In this document: in pieces, positions 13,756 to 25,556 of the stretch | Numbering within the stretch: the first letter of the stretch is position 1 | How the letters are laid out: every line of letters begins with the position of its first letter | Assembly (NCBI GenBank): GCA_965202585.1 | Contig: OZ241826.1 | Location: forward strand, 64,356,001 to 64,420,000 | From: Thalia democratica | Taxonomy: Eukaryota | Direction of reading: 5' to 3' | Length of the DNA: 64,000 nucleotides | Position numbers and translations under genes: made by a program | Notes under the pieces: model-generated | Told to the model about the DNA's origin: nothing | What the model saw: only the letters and a program-made list of their open reading frames with translations | Database searches by the model: none

Positions 13756-14535
13756 AAACATACCCGTCATAAAATTAAGATTTTTGTGAAGATTGTTTAG
13801 GTAATTTAGAAAACTAGAACTTTCTTGTTTATTTTCAAACATGACAAAAATGTCATCTAGGTATTGAAGATACAGAAGATAAGTTCAAAAACAACTTTAT
13901 TATTTTCTAAGTAACCAACAAAAAGTCTCAACAAGTCATTAAACTTTTTAGACATTTGTGTCTAACGATCAGTTGATGGAGAACTTTTAACAAAAATCTA
14001 TAGTCAATTAAATTCAGAGTCATTATATATTCCGTGGGCATCTTTTGGTCCAGTCAAGCAGAAGTTAGGAGCTTTAACGGGTATGGTGAAGCCACCAGAC
14101 TTTGTTCTCCTTGTTATCTTGAAGTAGAGTTCAAAAAAACACTTCAAAATACTTTACTTTCCCTTGGTTATCCAGATAACTTAGTTTCGAAAGTTAAAAC
14201 AAGAGGGAAAAACATCTCAAAGGTTTCACGTAAGAATCGATCAGCATATTCCAAAAATTATGAAAAGCTGGTTTGATAGTCGTTTGGAGAAACCAACGAA
14301 AAAAAAAAACTTCTCGGCGATCGGGCAACATTTGTTGGACAACCATTAGTGTGCGAAAAATTATATAAAAAAAGAGAACTTTTCAGTTTTAGTGAGAGCG
14401 GAGAACTCTTTTCAGCTTCATATTCTTGAAGCATTATGCAATCAATCTTCAAGGCCCAGTTTACGTAAGCAGAAAAGGTTCGTATACCAAACTAGACTTT
14501 TTTAATCCTTATATTAAGTAATTTAAAAGTAATTG

Positions 14536-14702
14536 CTTCTTATATATTTTGATTTTTGAAAACTAATAAAAAGATCTCAACTTCTAGAGAAAAAATTATG
14601 TTTATTATTTTCAATACTTTTTAATGCAAACTCAGTTTCGGTCAAAGACCTCGTCAGTGCTTATATAAAAGAATTTATTCAAATAGAATTTAATCGAATA
14701 AA
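14536..14702 (-). mobile_element. Hammerhead-bearing insertion inside the 3' UTR of PLE fragment C
   Basis: Absent from fragment B, which reads ...aaagtaattg|gtttctcgta; flanked by aattg at 14531-14535 and 14703-14707; homologous to 35703-35815. Confidence 0.7.
14626..14660 (-). ncRNA. Minimal type-I hammerhead ribozyme, intact core
   Basis: Minus strand: GCA CTGACGA GGTC-ttt-GACC GAA ACT-g-AGT T TGC. Stem I GCA/UGC, core CUGACGA...GAAA, stem II, palindromic stem III, GUU triplet. Confidence 0.75.
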
Positions 14703-14848
14703 AATTGGTTTCTCGTAAAAATTTTTTTAAATGTAGTCTTATTTTAATTTTTTATTGCTGGTTTATATTAGTTTGATTTTAATCTAGCAAGTTTTATTAG
14801 TACAGCAAAGTTCTTTAGTATAAACATTTCAATTTTAATATTTATTTA

Positions 14849-14898
14849 CAATACAATGTTTCACTCGCTTAAACCTAATCAAACGAGATCATCAGTTG
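14849..14898 (-). ncRNA. Minimal type-I hammerhead ribozyme, second sequence variant
   Basis: Minus strand: CAA CTGATGA T CTCGTTT-(10 nt)-AAGCGAG T GAA ACA-t-TGT A TTG. Stem I CAA/UUG, 7-bp stem II, palindromic stem III, GUA cleavage triplet; U.U mismatch at the base of stem II. Confidence 0.65.
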
Positions 14899-15457
14899 AT
14901 TAAAGTCTGTAAAAAAAATTTCATAAATATGCAAGAAGACATTAGGCTATCCTTGAAATAAGACTAAAACCAAAAACCAAATAAATCTTATAGTTTAAAC
15001 CTATCAATTTAGGAAAATCATAGTGTTATGAGTTTAGTTTTGTTTTCATAAACTAAACTGATAAAAAAGATTAGTAGTATAGTTAGTAAGGGATTACTAA
15101 GAAAGTATGATTAAGAAGTAAGTATACTTTAATCAGTTATTAGTACTTAGCAGACAAAAGCTACAAAACAATAAAAGCTTAATTATTGTTAATTCAATTC
15201 ATTTAGATCTTCTAAAAATTTTTTTTTTTTGCAAAACTAGGAGTGAAAATAAAATTCAAACAAAGGAGATAACTTAGTTTACAAACTGTAGAGTTGTTTG
15301 TTTTTGAGAAGTTTTAGCATTTAAATAAAATATAAAGTATATACAAACGGAAACAAAAACTAAAATGAAAAGCATCAGTTAATACTTAAGTAAAATTACT
15401 TAAATAAAAACGATTTTAAGCGTATTTATAGTTTTTATTTAATAGAATTTATTACTT

Positions 15458-15548
15458 ATTGTTTATTGAACGACAAAAAATAAGCGCTCAAAAAAGTGGT
15501 CGAAGAACCTGATGTACGAAAAAACTTTTCGGATATCGAGTCATACAT
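15458..15548 (-). mobile_element. MITE family R1 arm
   Basis: tgtttattgaacgacaaaaaataagcgctcaaaaa...acgaaaaaacttttcggatatcgagtc is the reverse-oriented R1 arm. Confidence 0.7.
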
Positions 15549-16028
15549 CTTGTTTAATGTCAAGTTGTCAAAAGTTGCATTTTGTCTTTTTACTTTTATA
15601 AAGTTTTCATACGTCTGAATATTCTAACAACTATAGTTCTCAACTTGAAACGTTTTAAGGTGACAAATGTGCCAGGCCTAACTTTTTCGTAATTGCCTAT
15701 TTGGCGAAACATTTTTTTACAATATATACTCAGAAAAACTAAATCCGTTATTATATTCTGAACTACACTATGAATATGTAGCATAAAACACTACCATCTT
15801 TTTAAAATAAATACAACAACAAATGAGTTTAAATGATATGGAGTAAGTTAAATATATTGGTAATAAGTTCAAGCATAACTATTATAAGTAAAATCAAAGC
15901 TAATCGATTTTAAATAAATAAAGAAGAACCTAAATCTAAATTAACATTTTGTTTAAGTACTCTCTATTTGTTGTTAAACAGCATGTGCTGTAATTAAATT
16001 TTTTTTTAGATATTTAATAATAACAATA

Positions 16029-16326
16029 ATGAAAGAAACAGAAGCTATAAACAAACTTATTCAGCGCAAAGGAAAATTTCAAAATAAGTTGGCGTTTGCC
16101 CTTATTGCAATGGCAATACCTAACGGAGCACAGCTTCTTATTGGAGTTTTTATAACTTACTTACCAAATCACAGCTGTAATATCCCCGAAGAATTTATGG
16201 TAAATCAAGCTTATGAAAGTGGACAAAACCTTACTTTGAAAATAAATAACAATACTATCAAAAATGTTGAAGTCGGAAAGTGTTCTATTTCGTATATAAA
16301 CACTGGTTCGGAAATTTCTGAAGGTT
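16029..16326 (+). CDS. SLC22-family (OCTN/OAT-like) transporter, coding exon 1 of 11 (gene 16029-28681, ~607 aa)
   Basis: MKETEAINKLIQRKGKFQ...TM1...YLPNHSC... SLC22 N-terminus; phase-1 donor gttagt at 16327 (alternative gt at 16324). All 11 exons join in frame (1824 nt). Confidence 0.9.
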
Positions 16327-19285
16327 GTTAGTTCATTTTTTCACTATTTTTTAAAATTTGCTAAGTGTAAAAGTTTTTTTACGGTGTTAGTCAGTTGGTA
16401 TTAAGTTCACGTACTTTTTTTGATTTTATATAAATTAAATTAATATCTTTTTGAATATCGAACTATCACAGCATTTGTTTTTAATTGTAGCAAATTTGAT
16501 ACTAATCAAAAGGCATAACTCTAATAAAATAAAATGTTTTGGTTTTAAACAAAACTTTACTCTGCAAAACCTTTTTTTACTTGACAAAGAAAAATAGTGA
16601 TTACAGTAAAATACTTACATACGTAAAGCAATTCTTTTGCTTCTTTTTTAGGAATATTTTAAGTTTTACTTTGGTATAAAATCACGATAATCAGGTATAT
16701 GAAAAATCAGTGTTTGCACTATTTATAAACTCCTAACTTTGACACTTATTGCTTGTTATTTTTTCAGCTAAATGATATATTTTTGAATAATTTTTAAGGA
16801 TCATATTTGTTTTTAAAAGTTCAAAAACTCAATTTAAAAAAACTGTTTTTATTTGAGCACGGTCTATTTAGAAAACAGGAAACCATGACATTTTTTATTT
16901 AACAAAAATATTCTCTATTTTTAAAATAAATGTAGTTTTATTTAAATATAAAGGTTATTTAAAAGAAAAAAAAGTTATAGCTTTAACTATCACAAAAATA
17001 TAAGAGTAGGTAATTGGGAATTAAATAAAAAAGTAGTAATTGTTTCTCTGATACTCAGTCATTGTACCAAAGTCCACAAAAATAAGTAGTAATGTATTTA
17101 GCGTCTGACACGTAAAGTTGCATTTATTTGAAGTATTGTTAGTCTAATAGTTATAATTTCTTTCATTTATTACACTCTTAATGTCATGCATCTATTCTTA
17201 ACAAATTAAATGCAAAAAACTAAGGTGTTAGAGCCCAAAAAACTAAAACAAACTAAACTGTTGTGATACGTTTATCAAAAAATAATAATTGCTATACTGT
17301 TAAGCTTCATTTTTAGATATTTTTTAATTTTCTATTTTAAATTTCACAAACTATAGCTTACTTTATTAACTTTTATATTTTTTTAAATTATTTACATGGT
17401 TAAATAAACTACAACATTCTGTTGTGCTTTAAAATGTAGTTTTTTATTTACCTACGTAAAAACAATTTATAGTATTATACTACTACAAGCTTCATTTTTG
17501 TTAAGACTATAAAATCAAACCTTAACCTAAGTTAAAGTAATTAGTTCTTGTTATACTTAATTTGACTGTGTATAAAATAATATAAAAGTAAAATACAAAA
17601 AACTGAATGCATTGGTACTGCCTTATGCTGTTTCAATAGCTATCATTTTATCGATTGATTTCCTGACAACCTCATAAAAACTAGAGCAGAATTTGTTTGC
17701 TTTTTTATATTTACAGTCAAAATTTTAACTAAACCCAAGAATATTTTAGTTAATTCGTATTAACTTACGAATTTATCATTTATTAAAGAAAAATATAGAC
17801 TTAACTCCGTACGAAAGTTTTTTTACAGTTTATTCTAATCTTTTAATTCTTATTTAAATTTTCACTTTGCTAAGATAATCATTTAGTTATTTAATTGTAG
17901 TACATTAACAAATTAAAAGCTTTTATGTTACAAATATAACGAAGTGTTAATTTTCTAAACTCAAGATTCCGTCAAACTAAAACCATAAGCTAAAATGGTT
18001 TTACTCAAATTACCTAGTAACGTTTACAAAACATGTTGAGAATGATAGTTTTTTATAAGTTTAAAGTTAGTAAAGCGTATTAATTTATTTATAACAGAAA
18101 AATTCTTAGCTATAACTTGTTAAACATTTCATAACAAGTAAGAGTTATTAAGTTTTTTAAAGAACAACTTTTATCCATCAATATTTTTACAATTTGAGCA
18201 AGGTTTTTTTAATGCATACATTTAATTTTTAGTATTTTAAAAATATTATAAATGTGTTATTTAGTTCTTCTTGTGTAATAAATTAAATGTTTGTTTCATT
18301 ATTTACTAATTTTTGCAAATGAACTCCTTTTTTATGGTATTATGTTTAGTATAAAAAAAATTTAAGCCTATATTTCTTAAAATAAGATATCTAATTTTTA
18401 AAGGCATAGTTTTCTAATAAAAATAATTGTAGAAAAATTAACAATTGCTTAAAGTTTTGTTTGTTTACTTATTTTTAACCTAAATGTTTTTTTAGATACT
18501 TTTATTTATAGTTTTGGTAAAGTTAATAATGATTTCGTTTTTAAAAAATTTTCTTGTAAAAGTTACTGCTTTTTTTGTTTTAAAATTATGAAGTATTAAG
18601 TTTTATAAATTATTTAACACTTTTACTAATAATTTCAATTTTTTTTTAATTTTTATGAATTTAATTAAGATAAAGGTTTTGATAATATCTTTTGTTAGTT
18701 TTGATGAAAATTAAAACAGTCTTAAAAATAGGAAGTTTTCGATTTTTATACTGATATAGTTAGTATTTTTGGAACTGGTTTGATTACACTTACTGAAGTT
18801 GTACTTTTCAAAAATATCTTAAAAAGAAAGTATTTTTTCATTCAAATGTTTTTATTTAAGAATATTTGAAATAACTGTTGCTGTCGAACTTAATAACATA
18901 TAAAAACATATAAAGTTGTGTTTTCTCAGTAAATACAATTGAACTTAATACAAGTTCTTTTTACTTGATGAATTAAACTTAGTTTAAACAATAATTAAAA
19001 ACTTTGACTCGCATACATTTTTTGTTTGGAAATGTTTAAGTGGTTATGTTTTCTGGTTTAAAAATTATTTTATTGAAAAAATATCACTATTGTCTGAGAG
19101 TCTACTTTATAGACACGAAACATTTCAATGTACTTTAAAGATTACCAGTGAACAATTAAAAGTAGTTGATTATCAAAGGTTGTATTTGTTTTGTATATAC
19201 CATAAAAGTGAAAAGTTGCATTGTTATACTTTATATATTCAAACATGTAAAAAATTATGATAATCGTTAGTTGTAATTCTTATAG

Positions 19286-19374
19286 TAGCAGATGAAGGTC
19301 AGGTGCTGCCCTCTTGTGTTCACGGGTGGCAGTACAACGTAGACACTGAAGATGTCGTTAGTGCAGCCATGGAG
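19286..19374 (+). CDS. SLC22 transporter exon 2
   Basis: ADEGQVLPSCVHGWQYNVDTEDVVSAAME (C..GW.Y loop motif); ag at 19284-85 with in-frame tandem acceptors, gt at 19375. Confidence 0.9.
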
Positions 19375-20022
19375 GTATTCTAAATTGTAAAAAAAGTCCT
19401 TTATGTTGATAATTATACGTAATTACTAGGCGTACAACCAATTAGCAATTAATATAAGACAAAAAGCTTTAATAAGTTAAAAAAGCTTTTTACTTTCCAT
19501 CAAATGTTGGATAAAAATTCAAGTTATTTCACGCCAAGTATAAAAATGCCCCTGTTATTATGAACTTAGTTAACATTTTTAAACATTGTACAAAACCATA
19601 CTTTGATTAATCTTATGTTTACTTTATTTACTTACTGAGATGTTTTATAAATTATAAGCAAAGTATTCAAAAACTAAAATGTTTACAACTTACTTTTAAT
19701 AAGTCTAAAAGACTTTTTGTTGAAATTGTAGGAAAATTTCTTGTTGATAATTTTGTATATGTTTTGAAATTTTATTGCAACCTAAGTTAATAAATGTGCA
19801 ATTGAGTCTATTGAAACTAGTTTTAAATACTGATACTTCTATTAAGTTTAAGTTAAACACAAAATTCCGTTTAAATTAAGCTTATCATTTTTTATTTACT
19901 TAGAGCTTTTAAGTTTTAAGTTTAAATCAGTACTTTAAAAGTCCGTCAGAAAACAATAGTCAAAAAAACTTTTATTAAAGTCATGTTTTTATTTATTTAT
20001 TGATTACCTTTTTATTTTACAG

Positions 20023-20126
20023 TTTAACTGGGTATGTTCCAGAGAATGGATGGGTCCATTTCTATTTTCTTGTCAAATGTTTGGTATTATGATTGGTTCT
20101 CTTGTTTCAACAGCTATTCCTGACAG
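20023..20126 (+). CDS. SLC22 transporter exon 3
   Basis: FNWVCSREWMGPFLFSCQMFGIMIGSLVSTAIPDR; 104 nt, canonical ag/gt. Confidence 0.93.
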
Positions 20127-22609
20127 GTTAACTTGGTTGTCATTTTATTATTTAAATTGTTTTTTTTGTTTAACTCATATGTAAAGCATTTGTAAAATAT
20201 ATTTATTTTAACTTATACTCGTGTCGTCTAAATATTATACTAACTTCATATGTTAACTTATAAAAACATTGTTAGTGCTTGATGGTTTACTAGTGTCCTT
20301 TCAGAAAACTTTGTTTCACAAGATTAGTGTCATTAATTATTAAAGTATGTCCTTATTGGTTTTTAAACAAATACTGAAGATAGATTTCTTTTTATCCGGA
20401 TCTGTATCTGTCCCGATCTTAGTTAGGATGAGACTGAAACCAGATTTACTTTGAAGTAAAGACCCAGCCGGACTCGATAGATCACTGGTTTTTAATAATA
20501 CTTTTTAACTATGTTCTTTATGCAGTAGCTTTTCCATGTTCTTTTAACTGTTCTACTTAAATCCTAAGTTATAATATGTTGCTTTGAACCAAATGTTTTG
20601 TTTTTCGCTAAAAAAAGTGTTGTATACAATGGTAATATTTAGTTTGGTTAGCTTTAGGTTTAGTTTTATAAGTTAATAATTTTAATTAATACTATTATAA
20701 CATAGTTTTAATGTTAGTTAGTAACAAATACGGATACATTGAATTTACCTTTTAAAATTTACATGCATTGACTTGAAACAATAAAAAAGCCACGATATTT
20801 CTGACTTGTTGAATTTATATATAAAAAATACTTAATTTTTAATTAACAAGTTATGAATGTAACAAAAAAAAATAAACAAGACTTATACATCTATTAATGC
20901 AAAATATTTATTTTTCAAATTAGTTACACAAAACTACTTCTGCTTGGCTAAATTATTTATTTTTATTCCTTTTTTAAATTAAAACTTACCTATCTTTAAA
21001 ATTTATTTATAATTTTTGTCCGAAATATAATCATCTTATCACTGACTAAAGTCAGATGAAAAGTTTATTATTTTAACCACAGGCTCATTTAAAACAAATG
21101 TCCAGGAAAAAATAATTCATTAATTTATAAAACAAACTTATAAAGCTTTAACATAATAAACTAATTTAAAACTTGGTTTTTTTCTTTTGTAAAATTTTCT
21201 TGTTAAATTTTTGAAACTGCGTACTAATTTTTTAGAGTATTAATTTTTTTTAAATATAAAACAACGATAAACAGTGTTTTAATTGTTTTAAAATTTACAG
21301 AATTTTTTTTGTAAACAGTAAACTACAGAATTTTATTAAAAAAATATTTTTTGAGGCACCGCAATTTTGTAAATATAAATTTTGGAAAAATAAATTTTAG
21401 ACCCAACATTCCTCAGCTAAACTATAATAAACTATTAATGAAACTAGCAAGAGAATTTTTTCACGTCAAACAATACTATAAAACTAAGTAAACATTCTTC
21501 TTAATATCAGACTCTTAAAACTTTTTAGACAAATCAAACGAAATGGACCGTTTCTTTTTAAGTGTACTTTATTCTAAAACTTTTTTTATCTTTAATTTTT
21601 TTTTTGTAAAATATTTTAACTGGTGATATTTAAAAAGAAATTTAGTAATTACAAGATCCTGTTTCCATCAAAAAACATTCTTAATATTGTAATTCGTGAA
21701 AAAAATCGTTTTTTGTTTAAATTTTGTTTGTTCAAATGACTTAAGTCTTGTTTGCAGACGTTATAAAATGTGTGTTATGATGAGTTAAATGTATAATGGT
21801 ACTTTATAATTTATAATAAATAATTTTAATACTTTTATACTTATTATAAGTAATAAAAAAAATTTCAGTAAAATATTAGGATGCATTTTATTTCTAAGAT
21901 ACGTAGGTAATAAATTTTTTAAAATCTTAAAACAGATCTTACTAAAGCTTACTTTATAAAGTAGCACAAACAAAATTATTTTACAATTTTTTCTTCAATT
22001 ATTTAAGCCATAAACTACATAACTTTAGAATTGAATAAAATTTTAGTACTAGAAATTATAGCCTTAATTTTGACATAAGTTTTACCTTTTTTTTAAATAC
22101 TCGACTGTTTTATCTGATTTAAAGTCGGTTTAGTTTTCTAAAAAAAAAATACATTTGTATAAAAGTCTTTGGTTATTTTATCATATTTTGAATAGTTCTG
22201 ACTTTTGTTAGAAAAAAATGTGCACAGTTTTCCGCTTTTAAAAACTTTTAAATCAAGATATACAACTCTAATACAAAATAAAAAACTGAACATCTGCGAA
22301 ACTTCATCTTTATAAGTTACATATAAAACTAATATGAATACTTCAATGTATAGTTTTACTTAAATTTAATTAATAATACAAAAAATACTTTATTTGTAAT
22401 TTTGTATTTCTATTTACATAGTAAAGTATTGTTGTATTTTTTTGTGGTAAAAGTATTTAAGTAACTAATGTAAACATTAATAAAAGTCTAAGTTATTCAA
22501 AATTATAACACATCATTAAAGTATTTCAGCCATATAACAACAAAATATATTATATAACTTTATAAAGCGTGTTTTTGTCAGTATAACTTTAAATGAATGT
22601 GTTTTTTAG

Positions 22610-22764
22610 ATTTGGAAGAAAATGGCCCTACATAATTGCAAATGTGTTGAAAAACTTCACATTCACAGCAGCTGCATTTTCACCAAACAGTGTTTTTCTT
22701 TTTATATTCATGATTTTGTACGGAGTTATGGTGATCGCTACTGCTATGATCGGTGTAATAATTG
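22610..22764 (+). CDS. SLC22 transporter exon 4
   Basis: (DR)FGRKWPYII...MIGVIIG (MFS motif A); 155 nt, ag/gt. Confidence 0.93.
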
Positions 22765-22937
22765 GTAAAAAACTGTTTTAAATATAAAAAACTTTAATGA
22801 AGATTTTTCTTAATAATTGACTTAAATTTTGGACATGTTAAAAAATAGCTTAGTTTTTTGTGAAAAATATGTATTTAAGTTCATGATAACATTAAACCCA
22901 AAAATATAAATCAATTCTTAAAAAAATATGTATGTAT

Positions 22938-23278
22938 ATAGATTATTGAACTACAAAAATACGCTCAAAATGTTTGGTCCTAGGACCTGGTGCACGAAAA
23001 AAACCTTTCGGTTATCGAGTCGCACACCACGGATACCTTTTAATTTCTTGTCTATTAAATCATGTTTTCTTAATAAACAAACTTTTATTAAAAACGCGTA
23101 TATTGTTGATTTTTTATTACTAAAGATCTAAATTTTTAAATGATAAAAAAACTATGTGTAATAGCTCGTAAGAAACTTTATAAGCATGTGGTACGACTCG
23201 ATAACCGAAAGGTTCCTTTGTACACCAGGTCCTTAGACCGAACTTTTTGAGCGCTTTTTTTATCGTTCAATAAACAAT
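22938..23278. mobile_element. Complete R1 MITE with ~110-bp terminal inverted arms in SLC22 intron 4
   Basis: 22940-23050 is the reverse complement of 23185-23278. Confidence 0.8.
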
Positions 23279-23527
23279 AATAATATTTAAGACTTTTTTT
23301 ACTCATCTAAAGTCTCATTATCTAGTGTTTACTATGTTTTTAGGTTGAAATTTACTTGATATCTAACGTTCTCTACTTAAGAACTTAAATGTTGGTTTAG
23401 TTTTTTTTTAAAGAAAGTAACAGTTAAAAAAAAGTTTAAACTTTATGGTTTCTAATTCTATTTTAATAAATGGAAGTATTTCTAAAAGACATTTTTTAAT
23501 ACAACCTAAGAGATTATGTTTAATTAG

Positions 23528-23696
23528 GAACTGAATGCTTGCAAGAAGAATTACGACACCTGGTGTCAATGGCACAGCTGGGCATGTATGCAGCTGGGTA
23601 CATGTACCTCCCAGGTCTCGCATATCTCATGCCTAATTGGAGACACTTGACTTTTGTAACTGGATGCATTGGAATTTTTTCTCTTTTTCTTGTGTA
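23528..23696 (+). CDS. SLC22 transporter exon 5 (missed by the ORF track, which shows only antisense ORFs)
   Basis: GTECLQEELRHLVSMAQLGMYAAGYMYLPGLAYLMPNWRHLTFVTG...; ag at 23526-27, gtaagt at 23697. Confidence 0.93.
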
Positions 23697-24448
23697 GTAA
23701 GTTTTGATACTTGACAAGACTCGTTATCATTTATGCACCTAGATATATTTTCTTTTTATTTTGTTTTAAATATTTTAATAATTTTAGACATTTTGTATTA
23801 AGTCGTTAGCTTTGAGAAATTTTTATGTATACTAGACCACCATTTAGACCAAAGATTAATTTTTTTTAGTAAACTGAAAAGTTTTGAATATCTTAACTTT
23901 ATTTATCTATTTTTAATTATAATATTACTTATATTATAGTTTGCCTTTAAAACTAGTATAATAAATACTTGAAACTAGAAATTAAGTTTAAAGTGAATTT
24001 TATGTCAATTTAACCCTATTAAAATTTTTTAACTTTACAAAAGCAATAGACTGCATTGTATGACCATCAGCAAAAGTACATAAGTGGCTATTGAGGGTCG
24101 TACGAGGCAGTTTATTCCATTTTGTATTTTAGCAAAAACATATCAGCTTTCCTAAAGAAAGCCACAACATTGCTATTAGCCAACTTTACAATAAGAATGT
24201 TTTAAACAATTACAAAACACTAACTTCAAAACTGATGTAAAAGTTTTACAATTTTTAAATTAAAACAATAATTAGCACTTTGATTAGTAAAAACTTACAA
24301 ATTTAATACTTTGTTATCACTGTGCCTAATCAAAAATGCTGTTAATAGTAATCATTAAGCAACAATAACGAACACATGAGTTTTTATTTATGTTCTTCAG
24401 TTAGTGTTTTAAAACTTATAAATTATTATAAAAACGTAATTTTGACAG

Positions 24449-24605
24449 TTACTTAGTTGAATCTCCACGGTGGTTGTTTTTAAAAGGGAAAAAAGAAGAA
24501 GCAATGAAAGTTTTAATGTATATTGCCAAGGAAAACCAGCTTGATAAGGATGAGTACGAAGAAATTTTTCAAAACTTTGAGTCTATCGAAACTATTAATA
24601 ACGAA
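24449..24605 (+). CDS. SLC22 transporter exon 6
   Basis: YYLVESPRWLFLKGKKEEA... (PESPRWL-type motif); ag/gt, phase 2 to 0. Confidence 0.92.
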
Positions 24606-24785
24606 GTATTTTTTACTAATTTATACATTGTTTTAGTTCTCTTATATGACTTATCTCTCAAGTTACTGTTTCATTTTTAGAAAAGCAACTAGGTGTATCT
24701 AGATAAACAATCACGTTAAAATTTAATTAAGTTAAAAAACAAACACTTTTTATTCACGGTATCTAAGTTTCTTACTTTTAAACAG

Positions 24786-25015
24786 ACTTGTGAATCCAAA
24801 AATGTTGAAAGCAAGCTTTTAAATGATAATAACAATAATGTGATCGAAAAACAAGAGTTCAAATTAGAAGTAGAAAATTCAAAAATGTTAGATAGTGATG
24901 AAAAACTTCAAGTTGTTGAAAAAACTGAAAAAATAACTAGGGAAAATCTTGGATATTTAGATCTTTTTAAGAAAAGCTGTCTTCGTTATCGATTTTTAGT
25001 CTGTTGTTTTTCATG
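24786..25015 (+). CDS. SLC22 transporter exon 7 (extended cytoplasmic loop + start of TM7)
   Basis: TCESKNVESK...LGYLDLFKKSCLRYRFLVCCFSW; ag/gtaagt. Confidence 0.9.
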
Positions 25016-25341
25016 GTAAGTATTACATTTTTACGATTAGTGTCGAATATACTGAATTTATGATACTTTAAATTCAGAGATAAAGGTCTAAAATATTCCT
25101 TTTTTTTCTTTCATATACTTATAACTAATTCACTTTAACGAATTGTTCAATTTATTTTTTAAATTAAAACAAGTAAAACTAAATAAATCAAAAGGTAAAT
25201 GTATGATTCGATATGCTTAAAGTTGTTTTTTTATTTTATTTAACACTGCACAATTTATGTCGAACTACAAATTGTATTGTAACTTTACGAATCCGATTTT
25301 GCACAAGTTTAGTTTATCTCAAAATAGATACTAAATTATAG

Positions 25342-25556
25342 GTTTGCTGTCAACTTAGGTTACTACGGTACTACGTTTAGTACAAATGAGTTAGGAAAGA
25401 ACCGTTACATAAACAGTTTTTTAATGGGTATAGCAGAAGTTCCTGGAATAGCTTTATGTGTTTACTTATTGAATAAAGTTGGAGGAAGAAAATCACTAAT
25501 ATTTTTTAGTGGAACATCATCAATTTTCTTACTTGGAGTTGCTCTTTTTCAATCGT
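25342..25556 (+). CDS. SLC22 transporter exon 8
   Basis: FAVNLGYYG...NRYINSFLMGIAEVPG...KVGGRKS; 215 nt, ag/gttagt. Confidence 0.93.

Larger units (their letters stand above)
13890..14825 (+). mobile_element. Penelope-like element fragment C (RT C-terminus, internal deletion, GIY-YIG, 3' UTR) carrying a 167-bp insertion
   Basis: NKSLNFLDICV*RSVDGELLTKIY...YIPWASFGPVKQKLGALTGMVK...RLCSP...LGYPDNLV, then GKTSQRFHVRIDQH...SAIGQHLL. The linker present in B is deleted. May extend left to ~13780. Confidence 0.85.

Noticed and set aside
23408-23717. Two minus-strand ORFs in the track
   Set aside because: Antisense shadows of SLC22 exon 5.
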